Shown piece by piece: positions 28,415 through 38,974 of a DNA stretch of 64,000 nucleotides (position 1 is its first letter; every line of letters begins with the position of its first letter). Source of the DNA: Bacillota bacterium (GTDB lineage Bacteria > Planctomycetota > UBA8108 > UBA1146). Under the pieces are notes generated by a model. The model searched no databases. It saw only the letters and a program-made list of their open reading frames with translations, and was not told the DNA's origin. The position numbers were made by a program, and so were the translations under genes. The stretch covers positions 2,951-66,950 of the forward strand of contig QNYK01000023.1 of NCBI GenBank assembly GCA_003973385.1, given 5' to 3'.

Positions 28415-30484
28415 TCAAGGGCAAGAATCGTAGTTCAGGCAGGTAATGGTGTCCGGAGTCGGATCCATACCGCAGGACTCTCCGGGCGCAGGGAGCGAGG
28501 ACGAGCCGAACAGATAGCCCAGCAGGGTCACTGGATCCGAGATGTCGATCTCTCCATCGTCATTGCAATCCACTGCCGATAGGCACGACGGATCCGGCTG
28601 GCCGCTGAACAGGAAACCCAGTGCCCTGACAGCATCGGCGATGTTCACAACGCCGTCATCATTGGGATCTCCCCTTCGAAAACTCGCCGATTCGCAACTA
28701 TCAGGAATCCCATTGGCATCTGCATCCGCTTCAGCACCACTGGCAATGTCGCAACTGTCGGGAATGCTGTTCGAATTGCAGTCTGCAGTCGTTCCCGCAT
28801 CGATCTCACAAACATCGATGGACCCGTTCCCGTTGCAATCATCGGCTATCCCCAGGTCAATCTCGCAGTTGTCGAGGAGCATGTTGCTGTTGCAATCTTC
28901 TGCGGTTCCCGCTGCGATTTCACACAGATCGGGAATGTTATCGAAGTCGCAATCGAAAACGGTTCCATTCTGGATGTCACAGGCATCGTGAACTCCGTTG
29001 CCATTGCAATCATTAGCTGCCAGCTGGCAGACGTCGGGTATCCCGTCTGCGTCGCAATCCTCGGCACCAGCTTCGATATCACAAGAATCTTCGACACCAT
29101 TTGCGTCACAGTCAGTGGTCGGGGTCTGGCAAGAATCAGGAATCAGATCGCCATCACAATCGACTTCAATTCCGGAAGCGATATCACAGGCATCCGGTTC
29201 TCCGTTATTGTTGCAATCGGTCGTGTTTCCGATGGCGCATTCACAGGAATCGACGATGAAGTTGCCGTTGAGATCGAGACTGGCGATGTCTGCAGGAACG
29301 ATCTTGAAGATCTCGCCACCAGACCAGTCGCAGATGTAGACCTCGCCGTAGGCATCCTGCCCGAATCCTGCGATACCGGTGATGCTCTGGGAGCCCGGAG
29401 GATTCAGTTCAGAACTTCTGGTCGTGAACTCGGTGACATTGGTTCCGTTGTACCGGAACGACCAGATCTGGTTGGAACACCAGTCTGCATAGAAGTAGAT
29501 GCCCTGCATATCTGGCATCGCACAGCCGCTGTAAACATTGCCGCCGGTGATCGAGCACCCGCTGCCGTGGTTGTAGACCTGTTGAGGATCGGTCAGGGCG
29601 CTGGAGTTGCAGGTACAACCGGACATGTTCGTACAGTTGTTGCCTTCCATGCAGCGCCAACCGTAATTTTCTCCACCTGGAGAACTCGCCAACTGGATGT
29701 TGATCTCTTCCCAGTTGTACTGCCCCACATCTGCGATGTAGAGGTCTCCGGTCAGTCTGTCGAAAGAGAAGCGCCACGGATTCCGCAGCCCGGTCGCCCA
29801 GATCTCATCGAGAGGTGCACCGGGACCGGCGAATGGATTATCTGCAGGGATCGAATAGGGGGTGCCACCATCGACATCAATCCGGAGCATCTTACCCAGC
29901 CGGGTATTGGGGTTCTGTCCATTGCCCTGGGGATCATTGGCGCTGCCACCATCCCCGAGCCCGATGTACAGGTAGCCATCGATGGGGCTGAATTCCAGCA
30001 TTCCACCATTGTGATTGGAATATGGCTGATTCTGAGTCAGTACGATCTGAGCACTGGATGGAATTGCCACATTTGGATTCGTAGAAGACACCGAGTAGCG
30101 AGCCACCGTCGTGTTCGAAGCATTGTTGGTGTAGTACACGTAGAAGTACCCGTTACTGGAGTAGTCCGGATGAAATGCAAGACCGAGTAATCCTCGTTCA
30201 TCGGCTCCGGAAGTGCCGCCCCCGACGATCGAGTTGATATCGAGGAATGGGGTCGAGATCAGTTGTGCGTTGGTCATGTCGTAGACGCGGATGGTCCCTT
30301 GCTGCTGAACGATGAAGAGACGTTCAAAATCCCCTGCTGGAGCCGTCACCAGTACAGGCCGGGAGACTCCACTGGCGATTCGCCGGGTCGAAAGCGGTGT
30401 CCCCCCTGCGTCGAGCGGAGGAGGTGAGACCAGCAGCAAAATCAGCAGAACGCCGATAAATCTCGTAAAAGCCATCTCGATCAC
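28415..30484 (-). CDS. Secreted PQQ/glucose-sorbosone dehydrogenase (GSDH)-type β-propeller protein with about 10 Cys/Asp-rich Ca-binding-like tandem repeats and a C-terminal dockerin-like domain.
   Basis: Signal peptide. GLLGLAFHPDYSSNGYFYVYYT and GDLYIADVGQ match GSDH propeller motifs. Residues 423-600 are ~19-aa repeats DC[ND]x[ND]GxxDxC[DE]Ixxg. Residues 605-660 are GDPNDDGVVNIADAVRALGFLF + DCNDDGEIDISDPVTLLGYLF, a duplicated dockerin-type Ca loop-helix. Confidence 0.8.
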   Translation of the reverse strand: MIEMAFTRFIGVLLILLLVSPPPLDAGGTPLSTRRIASGVSRPVLVTAPAGDFERLFIVQQQGTIRVYDMTNAQLISTPFLDINSIVGGGTSGADERGLLGLAFHPDYSSNGYFYVYYTNNASNTTVARYSVSSTNPNVAIPSSAQIVLTQNQPYSNHNGGMLEFSPIDGYLYIGLGDGGSANDPQGNGQNPNTRLGKMLRIDVDGGTPYSIPADNPFAGPGAPLDEIWATGLRNPWRFSFDRLTGDLYIADVGQYNWEEINIQLASSPGGENYGWRCMEGNNCTNMSGCTCNSSALTDPQQVYNHGSGCSITGGNVYSGCAMPDMQGIYFYADWCSNQIWSFRYNGTNVTEFTTRSSELNPPGSQSITGIAGFGQDAYGEVYICDWSGGEIFKIVPADIASLDLNGNFIVDSCECAIGNTTDCNNNGEPDACDIASGIEVDCDGDLIPDSCQTPTTDCDANGVEDSCDIEAGAEDCDADGIPDVCQLAANDCNGNGVHDACDIQNGTVFDCDFDNIPDLCEIAAGTAEDCNSNMLLDNCEIDLGIADDCNGNGSIDVCEIDAGTTADCNSNSIPDSCDIASGAEADADANGIPDSCESASFRRGDPNDDGVVNIADAVRALGFLFSGQPDPSCLSAVDCNDDGEIDISDPVTLLGYLFGSSSLPAPGESCGMDPTPDTITCLNYDSCP
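28685..29278 (-). repeat. In-frame tandem array encoding ~10 copies of a 16-19-aa Cys/Asp repeat (thrombospondin-type-3-like) within the GSDH-dockerin protein.
   Basis: Protein-level periodicity DCNNNGEPDACDIASG / DCDANGVEDSCDIEAG / DCNGNGVHDACDIQNG / DCNSNMLLDNCEIDLG / DCNGNGSIDVCEIDAG / DCNSNSIPDSCDIASG, and more. Confidence 0.7.
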
Positions 30485-30611
30485 TCTTTTCTGTCAATCC
30501 GCCACCACTACAGGGCGAGGAGACCGTCTGGAACTCCCCTGAAGTGTACCCCACTGATGCGAGAATTTCGCCGGACAATGGCAAATCTGAGGCCAATTAC
30601 GGTCGAGGAGG

Positions 30612-31472
30612 CTATTCGGAGGCCAAATCGCCCGACTTCGATATCTGGATCAGACGGGCATGAATTTGATCGATGACCTCATGTGGAGTCGATGTTCCTG
30701 CAGTGATCCCGACATGATCCGCCGACGCGAACCACTCGGGTTCCAGTTGTGCCTGACTCTCGATGTGGTGAGCCGTGATGCCGTTCTCCTGACACACCTT
30801 CAATAACTTCAGGGTGTTGGATGAGTTGGCTCCGCCGACCACGATCATGACATCCACCTGAAGCGAGAGTTCTTCGACCGCTTCTTGACGATCCTTGGTC
30901 GGTTTACAGACGGTGTCGATGAACTCGACCTCCATGGTCGGGAATCTGTGTCCGATTTGCTCCAGAATCTCCTTCGCCTGGCGGATGCGATGGGTCGTCT
31001 GACACACGATGCCGACTCTCGATCTGCCCTCGAGTTGTGTCAGATCATCGACACTGCTGATGACGGTGTACTCATCCAGATCCCCGACAATCCCCCTCAC
31101 CTCGACATGGTCAGGTTGGCCGATCACTACCGGATGCCATCCCTCCGCGACCAGTCGCCGGATCGCCTGATGAACCCTGAGCACCAGCGGACATGTGGCA
31201 TCGTAGACGATATGGCCCCGGTCACTCAGTTTCTGCTTGAGGCTCGCTGGCGCTCCGTGCGCTGTGATCATGACGTTGCGGGTCTGTATCTCATCGTCGA
31301 TGGAATCCACCATCTGGACCCCCGCCTCATGCAATTTCTGGACGGTCTGGGGATTGTGGACCAGTTGGCCGACGATGGTCAGATCGGTCGAGATCGAGGA
31401 GGAGAGTGCGGCATCGATAGCATCTCGGACTCCAAAGCATGTCCCCAGGGCACGCGCGCGGGTGATCCTCAT
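30612..31472 (-). CDS. ispH: 4-hydroxy-3-methylbut-2-enyl diphosphate reductase.
   Basis: Three conserved Cys contexts (ALGTCFGV, DATCPLV, FIDTVCKPT); HNPQTV; SSNT. Start at the MRITRARALG Met (31472). Confidence 0.9.
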   Translation of the reverse strand: MRITRARALGTCFGVRDAIDAALSSSISTDLTIVGQLVHNPQTVQKLHEAGVQMVDSIDDEIQTRNVMITAHGAPASLKQKLSDRGHIVYDATCPLVLRVHQAIRRLVAEGWHPVVIGQPDHVEVRGIVGDLDEYTVISSVDDLTQLEGRSRVGIVCQTTHRIRQAKEILEQIGHRFPTMEVEFIDTVCKPTKDRQEAVEELSLQVDVMIVVGGANSSNTLKLLKVCQENGITAHHIESQAQLEPEWFASADHVGITAGTSTPHEVIDQIHARLIQISKSGDLASE

Positions 31473-31657
31473 GACCAGACCTCTTTCATCAGCTACTGGA
31501 AGCCTCCTTTTTACCCGCAAGCATCGGCACCATCGAGGTGATCCACGGCATCTTCAACTCGCTGTTTCGGTTGCATCCTGTGGCCGGATCGGGTGCCATC
31601 GGGGCTCGACTGAAACGGGGGGTGGAAGATGGCAACCACCCTTGAGAGGCACTTTAC

Positions 31658-33346
31658 TTGTCCGTTGAACAGCCTGTTTCCCACGGCCCCAGAATTGTCC
31701 GCGCTCCCAGAGGCAGCGAGATCTCCTGCCAGTCCTGGCTCACCGAAGCGCCACTACGGATGATCATGAACAACCTCGATCCAGAGGTAGCGGAAGATCC
31801 CGACAATCTGGTCGTGTATGGCGGCTCCGGAAAGGCTGCGCGCACGTGGGAATGCTTCGACGCCATCGTTTCTACACTACGACAGATGCGCCCCGACGAG
31901 ACACTCCTGATCCAGAGCGGTAAACCCGTGGGAGTCGCCCGCACACATGCCGATGCTCCGAGAGTGCTGATCGCCAACTCGAATCTTGTTCCGCGCTGGG
32001 GAACCATCGAGGAATTCCGTCGACTGGAGGCGGAAGGCCTGACGATGTACGGCCAGATGACCGCGGGCTCATGGATATACATCGGAACCCAGGGAATCCT
32101 GCAAGGGACCTACGAGACCTTTGTCGAAGCGAGTCGGCAACATTTCGACGGAAACCTCTCTGGCCGTTGGATCCTCACCGCCGGTCTGGGTGGAATGGGT
32201 GGAGCCCAACCACTGGCCGCATCGATGGCTGGCGCAGTGTCTCTGAACATCGAGGTCGATCCTGATCGGATCCGTCGACGCATCGAGACACGTTATCTCG
32301 ATGAGGCATTCGATGATCTGGACAAGGCTCTCGAACGCGTCCATCAACTGTGCCAGGCAGGCGAGGTACGATCTGTTGGCGTCCTGGGTAACGCTGCAGA
32401 GTTGGTTCCCGAGATCCTTGCCAGAGGCATCGTCCCTGACATGGTGACCGATCAAACCAGCGCACATGACGCACTGTGTGGATATGTGCCCGATCAGGTG
32501 ACGCTGGAGGAGGCGCTGCGACTTCGAGGTCAGGATCCTGACCGTTACCTGAAACTATCGATGGACTCGATGCGACGCCATTGCGAGGCGATCGTCGGCC
32601 TGCAAGCAGCGGGTTCCATCGCATTCGATTATGGCAACAACCTCAGGGGTCAGGCGCAGGATGCAGGCCTCGAGAGCGCATTCGACTACCCCGGATTCGT
32701 GCCAGCCTATGTCCGGCCGCTCTTTTGCCGGGGTAAGGGACCATTTCGCTGGGTCGCGCTCAGCGGTGATCCTGCAGACATCTACCGCACCGACGAGGCG
32801 ATTCTCGAATTGTTTCCGGAGGATGAACATCTTTGCCACTGGATCCGTACCGCACAGGAACGAGTCCAGTTCCAGGGACTTCCGGCGAGGATCTGCTGGC
32901 TCGGTTACGGCGAACGTGCTCGCTTCGGCATCAAGATCAATGAACTGGTCGCCAGTGGAGAAATTTCTGCCCCCATCGTCATCGGCCGAGATCATCTCGA
33001 TTGCGGCTCCGTGGCCTCACCTTACAGGGAGACGGAATCGATGCTCGATGGCTCGGATGCCATCGCAGACTGGCCCCTGATCAATCTGATGTTGAACACC
33101 GCCAGCGGAGCCACCTGGGTCTCGCTCCATCATGGCGGCGGCGTTGGTATCGGTAACTCGATACACGCCGGAATGGTGGTGGTCGCCGATGGAACTCCAG
33201 AGGCCTCTGCGCGACTCGAAAGGGTCCTGACCAATGATCCCGGCACCGGGATCTGGCGCCATGTCGATGCTGGATATGAAGATGCCACTCGATTCGCCGA
33301 TGAGAACTCCCTCTGGGTGCCGATGCGTGGGGAGCGACCTCGATGA
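31658..33346 (+). CDS. hutU: Urocanate hydratase.
   Basis: [55 protein letters not shown] and downstream regions align with HutU throughout; 562 aa. Confidence 0.9.
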   Translation: MSVEQPVSHGPRIVRAPRGSEISCQSWLTEAPLRMIMNNLDPEVAEDPDNLVVYGGSGKAARTWECFDAIVSTLRQMRPDETLLIQSGKPVGVARTHADAPRVLIANSNLVPRWGTIEEFRRLEAEGLTMYGQMTAGSWIYIGTQGILQGTYETFVEASRQHFDGNLSGRWILTAGLGGMGGAQPLAASMAGAVSLNIEVDPDRIRRRIETRYLDEAFDDLDKALERVHQLCQAGEVRSVGVLGNAAELVPEILARGIVPDMVTDQTSAHDALCGYVPDQVTLEEALRLRGQDPDRYLKLSMDSMRRHCEAIVGLQAAGSIAFDYGNNLRGQAQDAGLESAFDYPGFVPAYVRPLFCRGKGPFRWVALSGDPADIYRTDEAILELFPEDEHLCHWIRTAQERVQFQGLPARICWLGYGERARFGIKINELVASGEISAPIVIGRDHLDCGSVASPYRETESMLDGSDAIADWPLINLMLNTASGATWVSLHHGGGVGIGNSIHAGMVVVADGTPEASARLERVLTNDPGTGIWRHVDAGYEDATRFADENSLWVPMRGERPR

Positions 33347-34608
33347 ATCAAAGCATTGACCTCCTGATCGAGAATGTTGGAAGGCTGCTTCCCGGTCATG
33401 CGAAACCCGTCGAGGGAGTTTCGGTAGCGGTCGACGCAGGAAAGATCAAAGCTCTGGGACCGGCGGGAGACCTCGCCGGTCTTTTTGATGGGCGACAGTC
33501 CTTTGATGGCAGCGGTTCACTCCTGACTCCCGGCTTCGTCGACTCACACACTCACCTCGTGTTCGGCGGCAATAGAGCTGGAGAGTTCGTACACCGTTGC
33601 CAGGGTAGAGACTACGAACAGATCGCAGCCGAAGGGGGTGGCATCAGAGCCTCCGTCAAGATGACGCGAGAGGCGAGCCTCGATCAACTGGTCGAAGATG
33701 CCAGGCCCAGACTGGCGCGAATGATCGCAGCTGGATCCACCACCATCGAGATCAAGAGCGGCTACGGTCTCGATGCTGCAACTGAACTGAAGATGCTGCG
33801 AGCCATCCGTCAACTCGCCGAAGAACACCCGATCGAGATCGTGGCCACTTTCATGGGAGCTCACGAGGTCCCCGATGAATGGCAACATGATCGAGCGGAA
33901 TATGTACGGATCATCTGCGAGGAGATGATCCCTCAGGTCGCGGAGGATGGGCTGGCCGAATTCTGCGATGTGTTCTGTGAAAGAGGGGTTTTTGACCCCG
34001 CTGAGAGCACCCGGATTCTCCAGGCAGGCCTCGAACACGGCCTCAAACCCAAGATACACGCCGACGAACTCGCTGCCTCTGGAGGCTCGCTTGTTGCGGG
34101 CGAGATCGGTGCAGTAAGCGCAGATCATCTGATGCAGATCACACCCGATGGGATCGATGCCCTCAGAAGTGCTTCGGTGGTCGCAACACTACTTCCCGGG
34201 ACCACTTTCTATCTACGTAAATCCGGTTACGCTCCGGCTCGGCCGCTGATCGATGCCGGGCTCGATCTGGCCATCGCAACGGACAGGAATCCTGGTTCCT
34301 GCACCATCGAAAGCATGCTGTTCATCGCGGGATTATCCGTGATGCATCTGGGTTTGACTCCTGGAGAAGCACTCCGTGCAGCAACGTATGGAGGGGCCAT
34401 GGCACTCGACCGTGAAAAGGTCTGCGGGTCCATCGAAGAAGGAAAAAGAGCAGATTTGATCCTGTGGAATGCTCCAGACGAGGATGTACTGATTCACGAG
34501 TTCGCCAACGAGGTGCCACGCACCGTCTTCGCCGCAGGCAGGGTCGTCTCCGATTCTCAAGGTGACAGAACTGAAAGATCCGGTGTCCATCCGGACCAGG
34601 GGGTTTGA
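33343..34608 (+). CDS. hutI: Imidazolonepropionase.
   Basis: [32 protein letters not shown] are amidohydrolase HutI motifs. Start overlaps the hutU stop. Confidence 0.9.
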   Translation: MNQSIDLLIENVGRLLPGHAKPVEGVSVAVDAGKIKALGPAGDLAGLFDGRQSFDGSGSLLTPGFVDSHTHLVFGGNRAGEFVHRCQGRDYEQIAAEGGGIRASVKMTREASLDQLVEDARPRLARMIAAGSTTIEIKSGYGLDAATELKMLRAIRQLAEEHPIEIVATFMGAHEVPDEWQHDRAEYVRIICEEMIPQVAEDGLAEFCDVFCERGVFDPAESTRILQAGLEHGLKPKIHADELAASGGSLVAGEIGAVSADHLMQITPDGIDALRSASVVATLLPGTTFYLRKSGYAPARPLIDAGLDLAIATDRNPGSCTIESMLFIAGLSVMHLGLTPGEALRAATYGGAMALDREKVCGSIEEGKRADLILWNAPDEDVLIHEFANEVPRTVFAAGRVVSDSQGDRTERSGVHPDQGV

Positions 34609-36824
34609 ACAAGATGTCCAAGTTCATCGATCGACTTACCCAGGCTATGAAAGAACAAGCATGGGGTGAGTACGAAGAGGCGTGGCTCGACGCCATCGAA
34701 GGCGAGAATGTTCGCTTTTCGGAATACCTCAATGCGACCAGCAATGCGATCACCGCCGGGCACGGAGAAAGAGCAGGTCAGATGATGGAGTTGATTCTCC
34801 AATCAGGACTGACGGACGAACTGACTCCTGACAAGAAGTTAGAGTTTCATGAAGCGCTCGCTTGCAGCCTGCCGCGGAACAAGGATGCCCGCGAGACGCT
34901 GCTCGAACTGTACAGAAAACAGTTCGGGCACATCGAAGGATTTGACAATTGCGTCGAAACTTCAGGTTTGATGGATGGCACCAGACCGGCCGAAGTGATC
35001 CCGCTGTTCAAGCGTATGGTGCACTATCAGCCGGGATCGTATGTCAAACACCGCTCTGGCTGGGGCGTTGGCGTTGTGAAGGAACTGGACCCTGCCCTGG
35101 GAACCGCAACCGTTGATTTCGAGAAAAAGGATGGTCATTCCGTAAAGCTGGAAGCACTGCCGCAGATCTGTGACCCGCTCGAAGCGGATCACTACCTGGT
35201 ACTCGGCTGGCAACGCCCGGAGGAGTTACGGCGAATCGCCGAGGACGAACCGGGCGAATTGATCAAACTGGTACTGAGAACCAGTAGCCGGCCGATCCCG
35301 TTGGCGCGAATTCGGGAAGCGTTGGTCGGAGTCGCGGTTCCAGCCACATCCTGGAGCAAGTGGTGGTCCAGAGCCCGAACCGCGATCAAGAAGGATCCCC
35401 TGGTCGGTCTCTCGGGCGGAAAAAACAACGAGTTGTACCTGCTCGATGGACCCGAAGCACTCGCCACCAGCATCGAGCGGCGCTTCTCTGGTCTCAGCCC
35501 CAAGGACCGCCTCAAGACGATTCGAGAGTGCTTGAGCGAGATTCCGGATGATCAACATCCGCTCCTCGATGGCCAGTTCAAGATACTGCGCCGTGACATC
35601 GTCCGTGGAGACCTCGACCATGCGAATCGAGTCTCCGCACTCTTGCTCCTGCGCGATCACGCACCCGATGGCGAGGAAGAATCTGCCATCGGAGCACTGG
35701 TCTTGAGAGCGGGCCACTGCGCAGATCTGCTCAACTCTCTCGGCCGCGATGACGATTTGCGGGATACGCTGGCGCTGATCCGGGAATTGAACCCTGACGA
35801 CTGGGTGCAATTGCGAAGCGAACTGATCCTGCAAGCAGATGATTCTCTGCGCGAACTTGTACTCAACCTGCTTGACGATTCTGGCGAACTGGCGATTGCT
35901 GATCAGATCGCATCCAGCGTGTTACATAGACCACGCAGATCACCGCTGTTCTTCCTCTATCTGGCACGTTGCTCCGCCTCGGAAAATTCTACGAAGTTCC
36001 CATCACTGAAAGGTGCTTCGGCTCCCGATCTCTTCCGCCAGGCTGCGGCACTGTTTGATCGGCTCTCACTCGAAAATGAGGGATCAGCGAAGAACCCAGG
36101 GCTTGAAATCGCAGTGAAGCGATACAGGCAACACCTCTCGGTGAAGCCATTTGCGCTGCTGAGTAGGGTTCTCGATCGATGTGGCCTGACAGATGCTCGC
36201 GAGATCTACATGCAACTTGCAGGCTCGCGCAGCATCAGCGACTCGAACCTTGACAAGGCCAAGGCCATCATCTTGCGCAAATTCCCCAAGGTACTCGCAG
36301 GACAACCGAGCCGCGGAAGTGTTGCAGTCGCAGAAAGTGCCATCTACTCGACCGAGTTTGGGCTATCCAAAGTTCAAAGCGAACTCGAAGAGATCCGAAA
36401 TGTGAAACTTCCCGAGATATTCAAGGCGATCGGGGATGCCGCAGCACTGGGAGACCTGAGCGAAAATGCAGAGTTCACCTCTGCCATCGAGGAACGAGAA
36501 AACCTGAATCGCAAGGTGATGGAACTTCAGGGAGACCTGGATCGAGCCCGCGTCATCGACCCCGAGGAAGCGAGCATCGATCAGATTGGTCTCGGCAGCC
36601 AGATCCGTTTCCATAACCTCTCTACCGATTCAGTGGCTGAATACTGCCTGCTCGGGCCGTGGGACGGCGGGCCTGACGAGGGGGTACTCTCCTATCTCTC
36701 CCCGCTCGGGAAGGCGATGCTACAGAAAAAGGTCGGTGATCAGTTCGATGTCAAACTGCCGACCGGTGTCCATAGCATCAAGATACTGGAGATCAGTCAG
36801 GGCAAGGTTCCAGAGCAGATTTAG
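34605..36824 (+). CDS. 739-aa protein with a C-terminal GreA/GreB transcript-cleavage-factor module and a ~580-aa uncharacterised N-terminal region.
   Basis: The last ~160 aa align with GreA: coiled coil with GDLSENAEF (cf. GDLKENAEY), ARVID, and FKBP-like tail SPLGKAMLQKKVGDQFDVKLPTGVHSIKILEI. Start overlaps the hutI stop. Confidence 0.7.
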   Translation: MNKMSKFIDRLTQAMKEQAWGEYEEAWLDAIEGENVRFSEYLNATSNAITAGHGERAGQMMELILQSGLTDELTPDKKLEFHEALACSLPRNKDARETLLELYRKQFGHIEGFDNCVETSGLMDGTRPAEVIPLFKRMVHYQPGSYVKHRSGWGVGVVKELDPALGTATVDFEKKDGHSVKLEALPQICDPLEADHYLVLGWQRPEELRRIAEDEPGELIKLVLRTSSRPIPLARIREALVGVAVPATSWSKWWSRARTAIKKDPLVGLSGGKNNELYLLDGPEALATSIERRFSGLSPKDRLKTIRECLSEIPDDQHPLLDGQFKILRRDIVRGDLDHANRVSALLLLRDHAPDGEEESAIGALVLRAGHCADLLNSLGRDDDLRDTLALIRELNPDDWVQLRSELILQADDSLRELVLNLLDDSGELAIADQIASSVLHRPRRSPLFFLYLARCSASENSTKFPSLKGASAPDLFRQAAALFDRLSLENEGSAKNPGLEIAVKRYRQHLSVKPFALLSRVLDRCGLTDAREIYMQLAGSRSISDSNLDKAKAIILRKFPKVLAGQPSRGSVAVAESAIYSTEFGLSKVQSELEEIRNVKLPEIFKAIGDAAALGDLSENAEFTSAIEERENLNRKVMELQGDLDRARVIDPEEASIDQIGLGSQIRFHNLSTDSVAEYCLLGPWDGGPDEGVLSYLSPLGKAMLQKKVGDQFDVKLPTGVHSIKILEISQGKVPEQI

Positions 36825-38196
36825 GCGAATCAGTGGAACCGGTGGCTCCCATCAACTGCTCCAGGAGTATGGTAGCAAAGGCTCCTGCAGGCAGGCTGAA
36901 GTGGACCATCAAACACTGCTGATCATCTTCCCAGACAACTGATGGATCTCCGACCTGGATACGCAAGGGGCGACGCGTACCATCCAGTTTCATCCCCTTG
37001 ACATGGGAGAGCCAGGAGTCGGGCCGCAGTCCCTCGGAAATCAGCACTGCACTTTCAATCTTGCCCGCCTCCCCTTGAGGCAACTTCATCTTTCTCCCGA
37101 AAATGGGCCCGGTCGGACTGATCTGGCCCTCTCTCGCACGCTGTTGCTCTCGGCTCACATCTTCTGCATCGAGAGAGACATGGTATCTGGAGCGCTGTCC
37201 CTCCAGCTGGCAGACATCACCTCCCCACGGCATCCAGAAGCCATCGTTGCTTCTCTGGATCCGTTCCATCAGGACCCAGTTGAAGAGTTCCGCCTGATAT
37301 GCCGAGTAGTACATCTTTCGAAGTGCGTGTGGGATCCTGCGAGCTGCCGCACGGAGGTTGCCGGGGTGAGTCCGCAGCGATGTCAGGAGTGCTGCCTCGG
37401 TGGTCCTACCGGGTGGCAATAGTCTGCGAGCCTCATCGATTTCACCGGCACTGTAGGCTGTTCGATATTCCTCCTCAACTCCATCACGTGGCGCCAGTAG
37501 CAACTCGACAGCCTCGGCAATCTGCCTGCGCAGCAGTGCAGCTCCGATTCGAGCACCATCTCCATGCATTCCGAAGCGTTGCGGACCGTAGAAGTTTGGC
37601 AATCCGCTGACCGCGACCTGCTCGAGGTGTGTTTTCACATGCTCGATCGAGTTGGGCTGCACATCGCGGATCCGGATCTCGAAGCGATTTCCAGACAGGT
37701 GACCTGTTCGAATCTTGTTTCGATGCCGTGAAACCGACACTACCCGGATCCATGGTGCCTCGATCGCCTCGACACCTTTATCGCTCAGCAATTGAACCGA
37801 AAAGGTCTGGGTGGCGATGGCTCTCTTGTCCTTGAATCCTGCAAATCCGACCTGCTCACGCTTCACCGCCAGTGTTCGGGCGATGTGATCGCGCGCCTGG
37901 ATCGTCGTCCGATTGCTCTTCTCGACGGTGATATAGAGATGTTCTCCTGCCCCACAGGGGCTGTAGAGCGGTATCTCGGTGACCCTGAAATCCTCCCAGC
38001 GCTGACGGATGACTCCACCGATGGGAGGGATCTGTGGCAGGATCCTGGGCGGGTGGTATCCGGAGGCGCGATCGGTGCCGAGAACATCTGCGGGATCCAC
38101 CTCGATGATCTGTGCCACCGTCTCGGGATCTGCATCCTCGCCGGTAGCATCCAGAGGCGGGTCCATCGGGGCCTCGTCTGTCGGTTGCTGACTCAT
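36793..38196 (-). CDS. truD: tRNA pseudouridine(13) synthase TruD family.
   Basis: GFAGFKDKRAIATQ matches the TruD motif that includes the catalytic Asp, and RFGMHG is also characteristic of TruD. The ORF extends to 38364; the internal Met at 38196 is preferred. Confidence 0.75.
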   Translation of the reverse strand: MSQQPTDEAPMDPPLDATGEDADPETVAQIIEVDPADVLGTDRASGYHPPRILPQIPPIGGVIRQRWEDFRVTEIPLYSPCGAGEHLYITVEKSNRTTIQARDHIARTLAVKREQVGFAGFKDKRAIATQTFSVQLLSDKGVEAIEAPWIRVVSVSRHRNKIRTGHLSGNRFEIRIRDVQPNSIEHVKTHLEQVAVSGLPNFYGPQRFGMHGDGARIGAALLRRQIAEAVELLLAPRDGVEEEYRTAYSAGEIDEARRLLPPGRTTEAALLTSLRTHPGNLRAAARRIPHALRKMYYSAYQAELFNWVLMERIQRSNDGFWMPWGGDVCQLEGQRSRYHVSLDAEDVSREQQRAREGQISPTGPIFGRKMKLPQGEAGKIESAVLISEGLRPDSWLSHVKGMKLDGTRRPLRIQVGDPSVVWEDDQQCLMVHFSLPAGAFATILLEQLMGATGSTDSPKSALEPCPD

Positions 38197-38507
38197 CCGA
38201 AAGGTTCTCCTGACCCCGAAGGGACGCCCGGCCGCGGCTTCTCGAGCCCCATGCGACGTAATCGGGGATTTCACCCCAACGGAGGGCATCCCGGAGACGA
38301 TCGTACCAGTTTCCACATCGCAGGTGATAACGGTTCCGGGTAGAAGCTGCGACGATCTGCCCACGATGGGTCCCGCACGCCAGGTCTGGCCCTGCTGCTG
38401 ATATTTATGTGGTGTGAACCATCGTCTCCCCTCGACAGCCGGGTGACGCTAGGATATTGCACCCTTGCCGTCGGTGCGTGTTCGTCCCATCAGAGAGGAG
38501 CGAAGAG

Positions 38508-38867
38508 ATGACCACTGTTCCGAGCCGTCAACTCGAGACCTTCGAGAACCCACAGCCTCTGAGAGACTACACGATTCGATTCGACTGTCCCGAGTTCACC
38601 TGCCTGTGCCCGCTCACCGGTCAACCCGATTTTGCCCACTTCGAACTGGAATACGTCCCTGATACTCAATGCATCGAGAGCAAATCATTGAAACTCTACC
38701 TGTGGTCCTATCGAGACGAGGGTGCCTTCCACGAAGCGGTGACCAACCAGATCCTCGACGATCTGGTCGCTGCCTGCTCGCCACGCTGGATCAAGGTGAC
38801 CGGTCACTTCTTCGTCCGCGGCGGCATCACCCCGACCATCACCGTCGAACACGGCACCCGCTGCTGA
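38508..38867 (+). CDS. queF: NADPH-dependent 7-cyano-7-deazaguanine (preQ0) reductase, type I.
   Basis: [15 protein letters not shown] (catalytic Cys) and the QueF motif region [14 protein letters not shown]; 119 aa from the Met at 38508. Confidence 0.9.
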   Translation: MTTVPSRQLETFENPQPLRDYTIRFDCPEFTCLCPLTGQPDFAHFELEYVPDTQCIESKSLKLYLWSYRDEGAFHEAVTNQILDDLVAACSPRWIKVTGHFFVRGGITPTITVEHGTRC

Positions 38868-38893
38868 TCCGATGGCCACTGGCGACTTGACTC

Positions 38894-38907
38894 CGAACAT
38901 CTGTTCG
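38894..38907. promoter_or_regulatory. Candidate LexA operator (Cheo-box type, CGAAC-N4-GTTCG) upstream of the small ORF and lexA.
   Basis: Perfect palindrome CGAACATCTGTTCG, read directly. It lies 27 nt after the queF stop, 68 nt before the small-ORF ATG and ~240 nt before lexA. A near-identical site lies upstream of dinB. Confidence 0.7.
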
Positions 38908-38974
38908 CCACCATACGGCTACCACTCCATGACGGTGAATTCGTTTCGAATGGTGACTAAAGAAGGAGGAAATT

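Noticed and set aside
28988-30190. 400-aa plus-strand ORF antisense to the GSDH-dockerin gene.
   Set aside because: An antisense read of the repeat-rich gene. The minus-strand product has a signal peptide and recognisable GSDH and dockerin motifs.
38365-38507. Possible preQ1 riboswitch upstream of queF.
   Set aside because: No hairpin plus A-rich tail resembling preQ1-I or preQ1-II was evident. An Rfam scan is needed to be sure.
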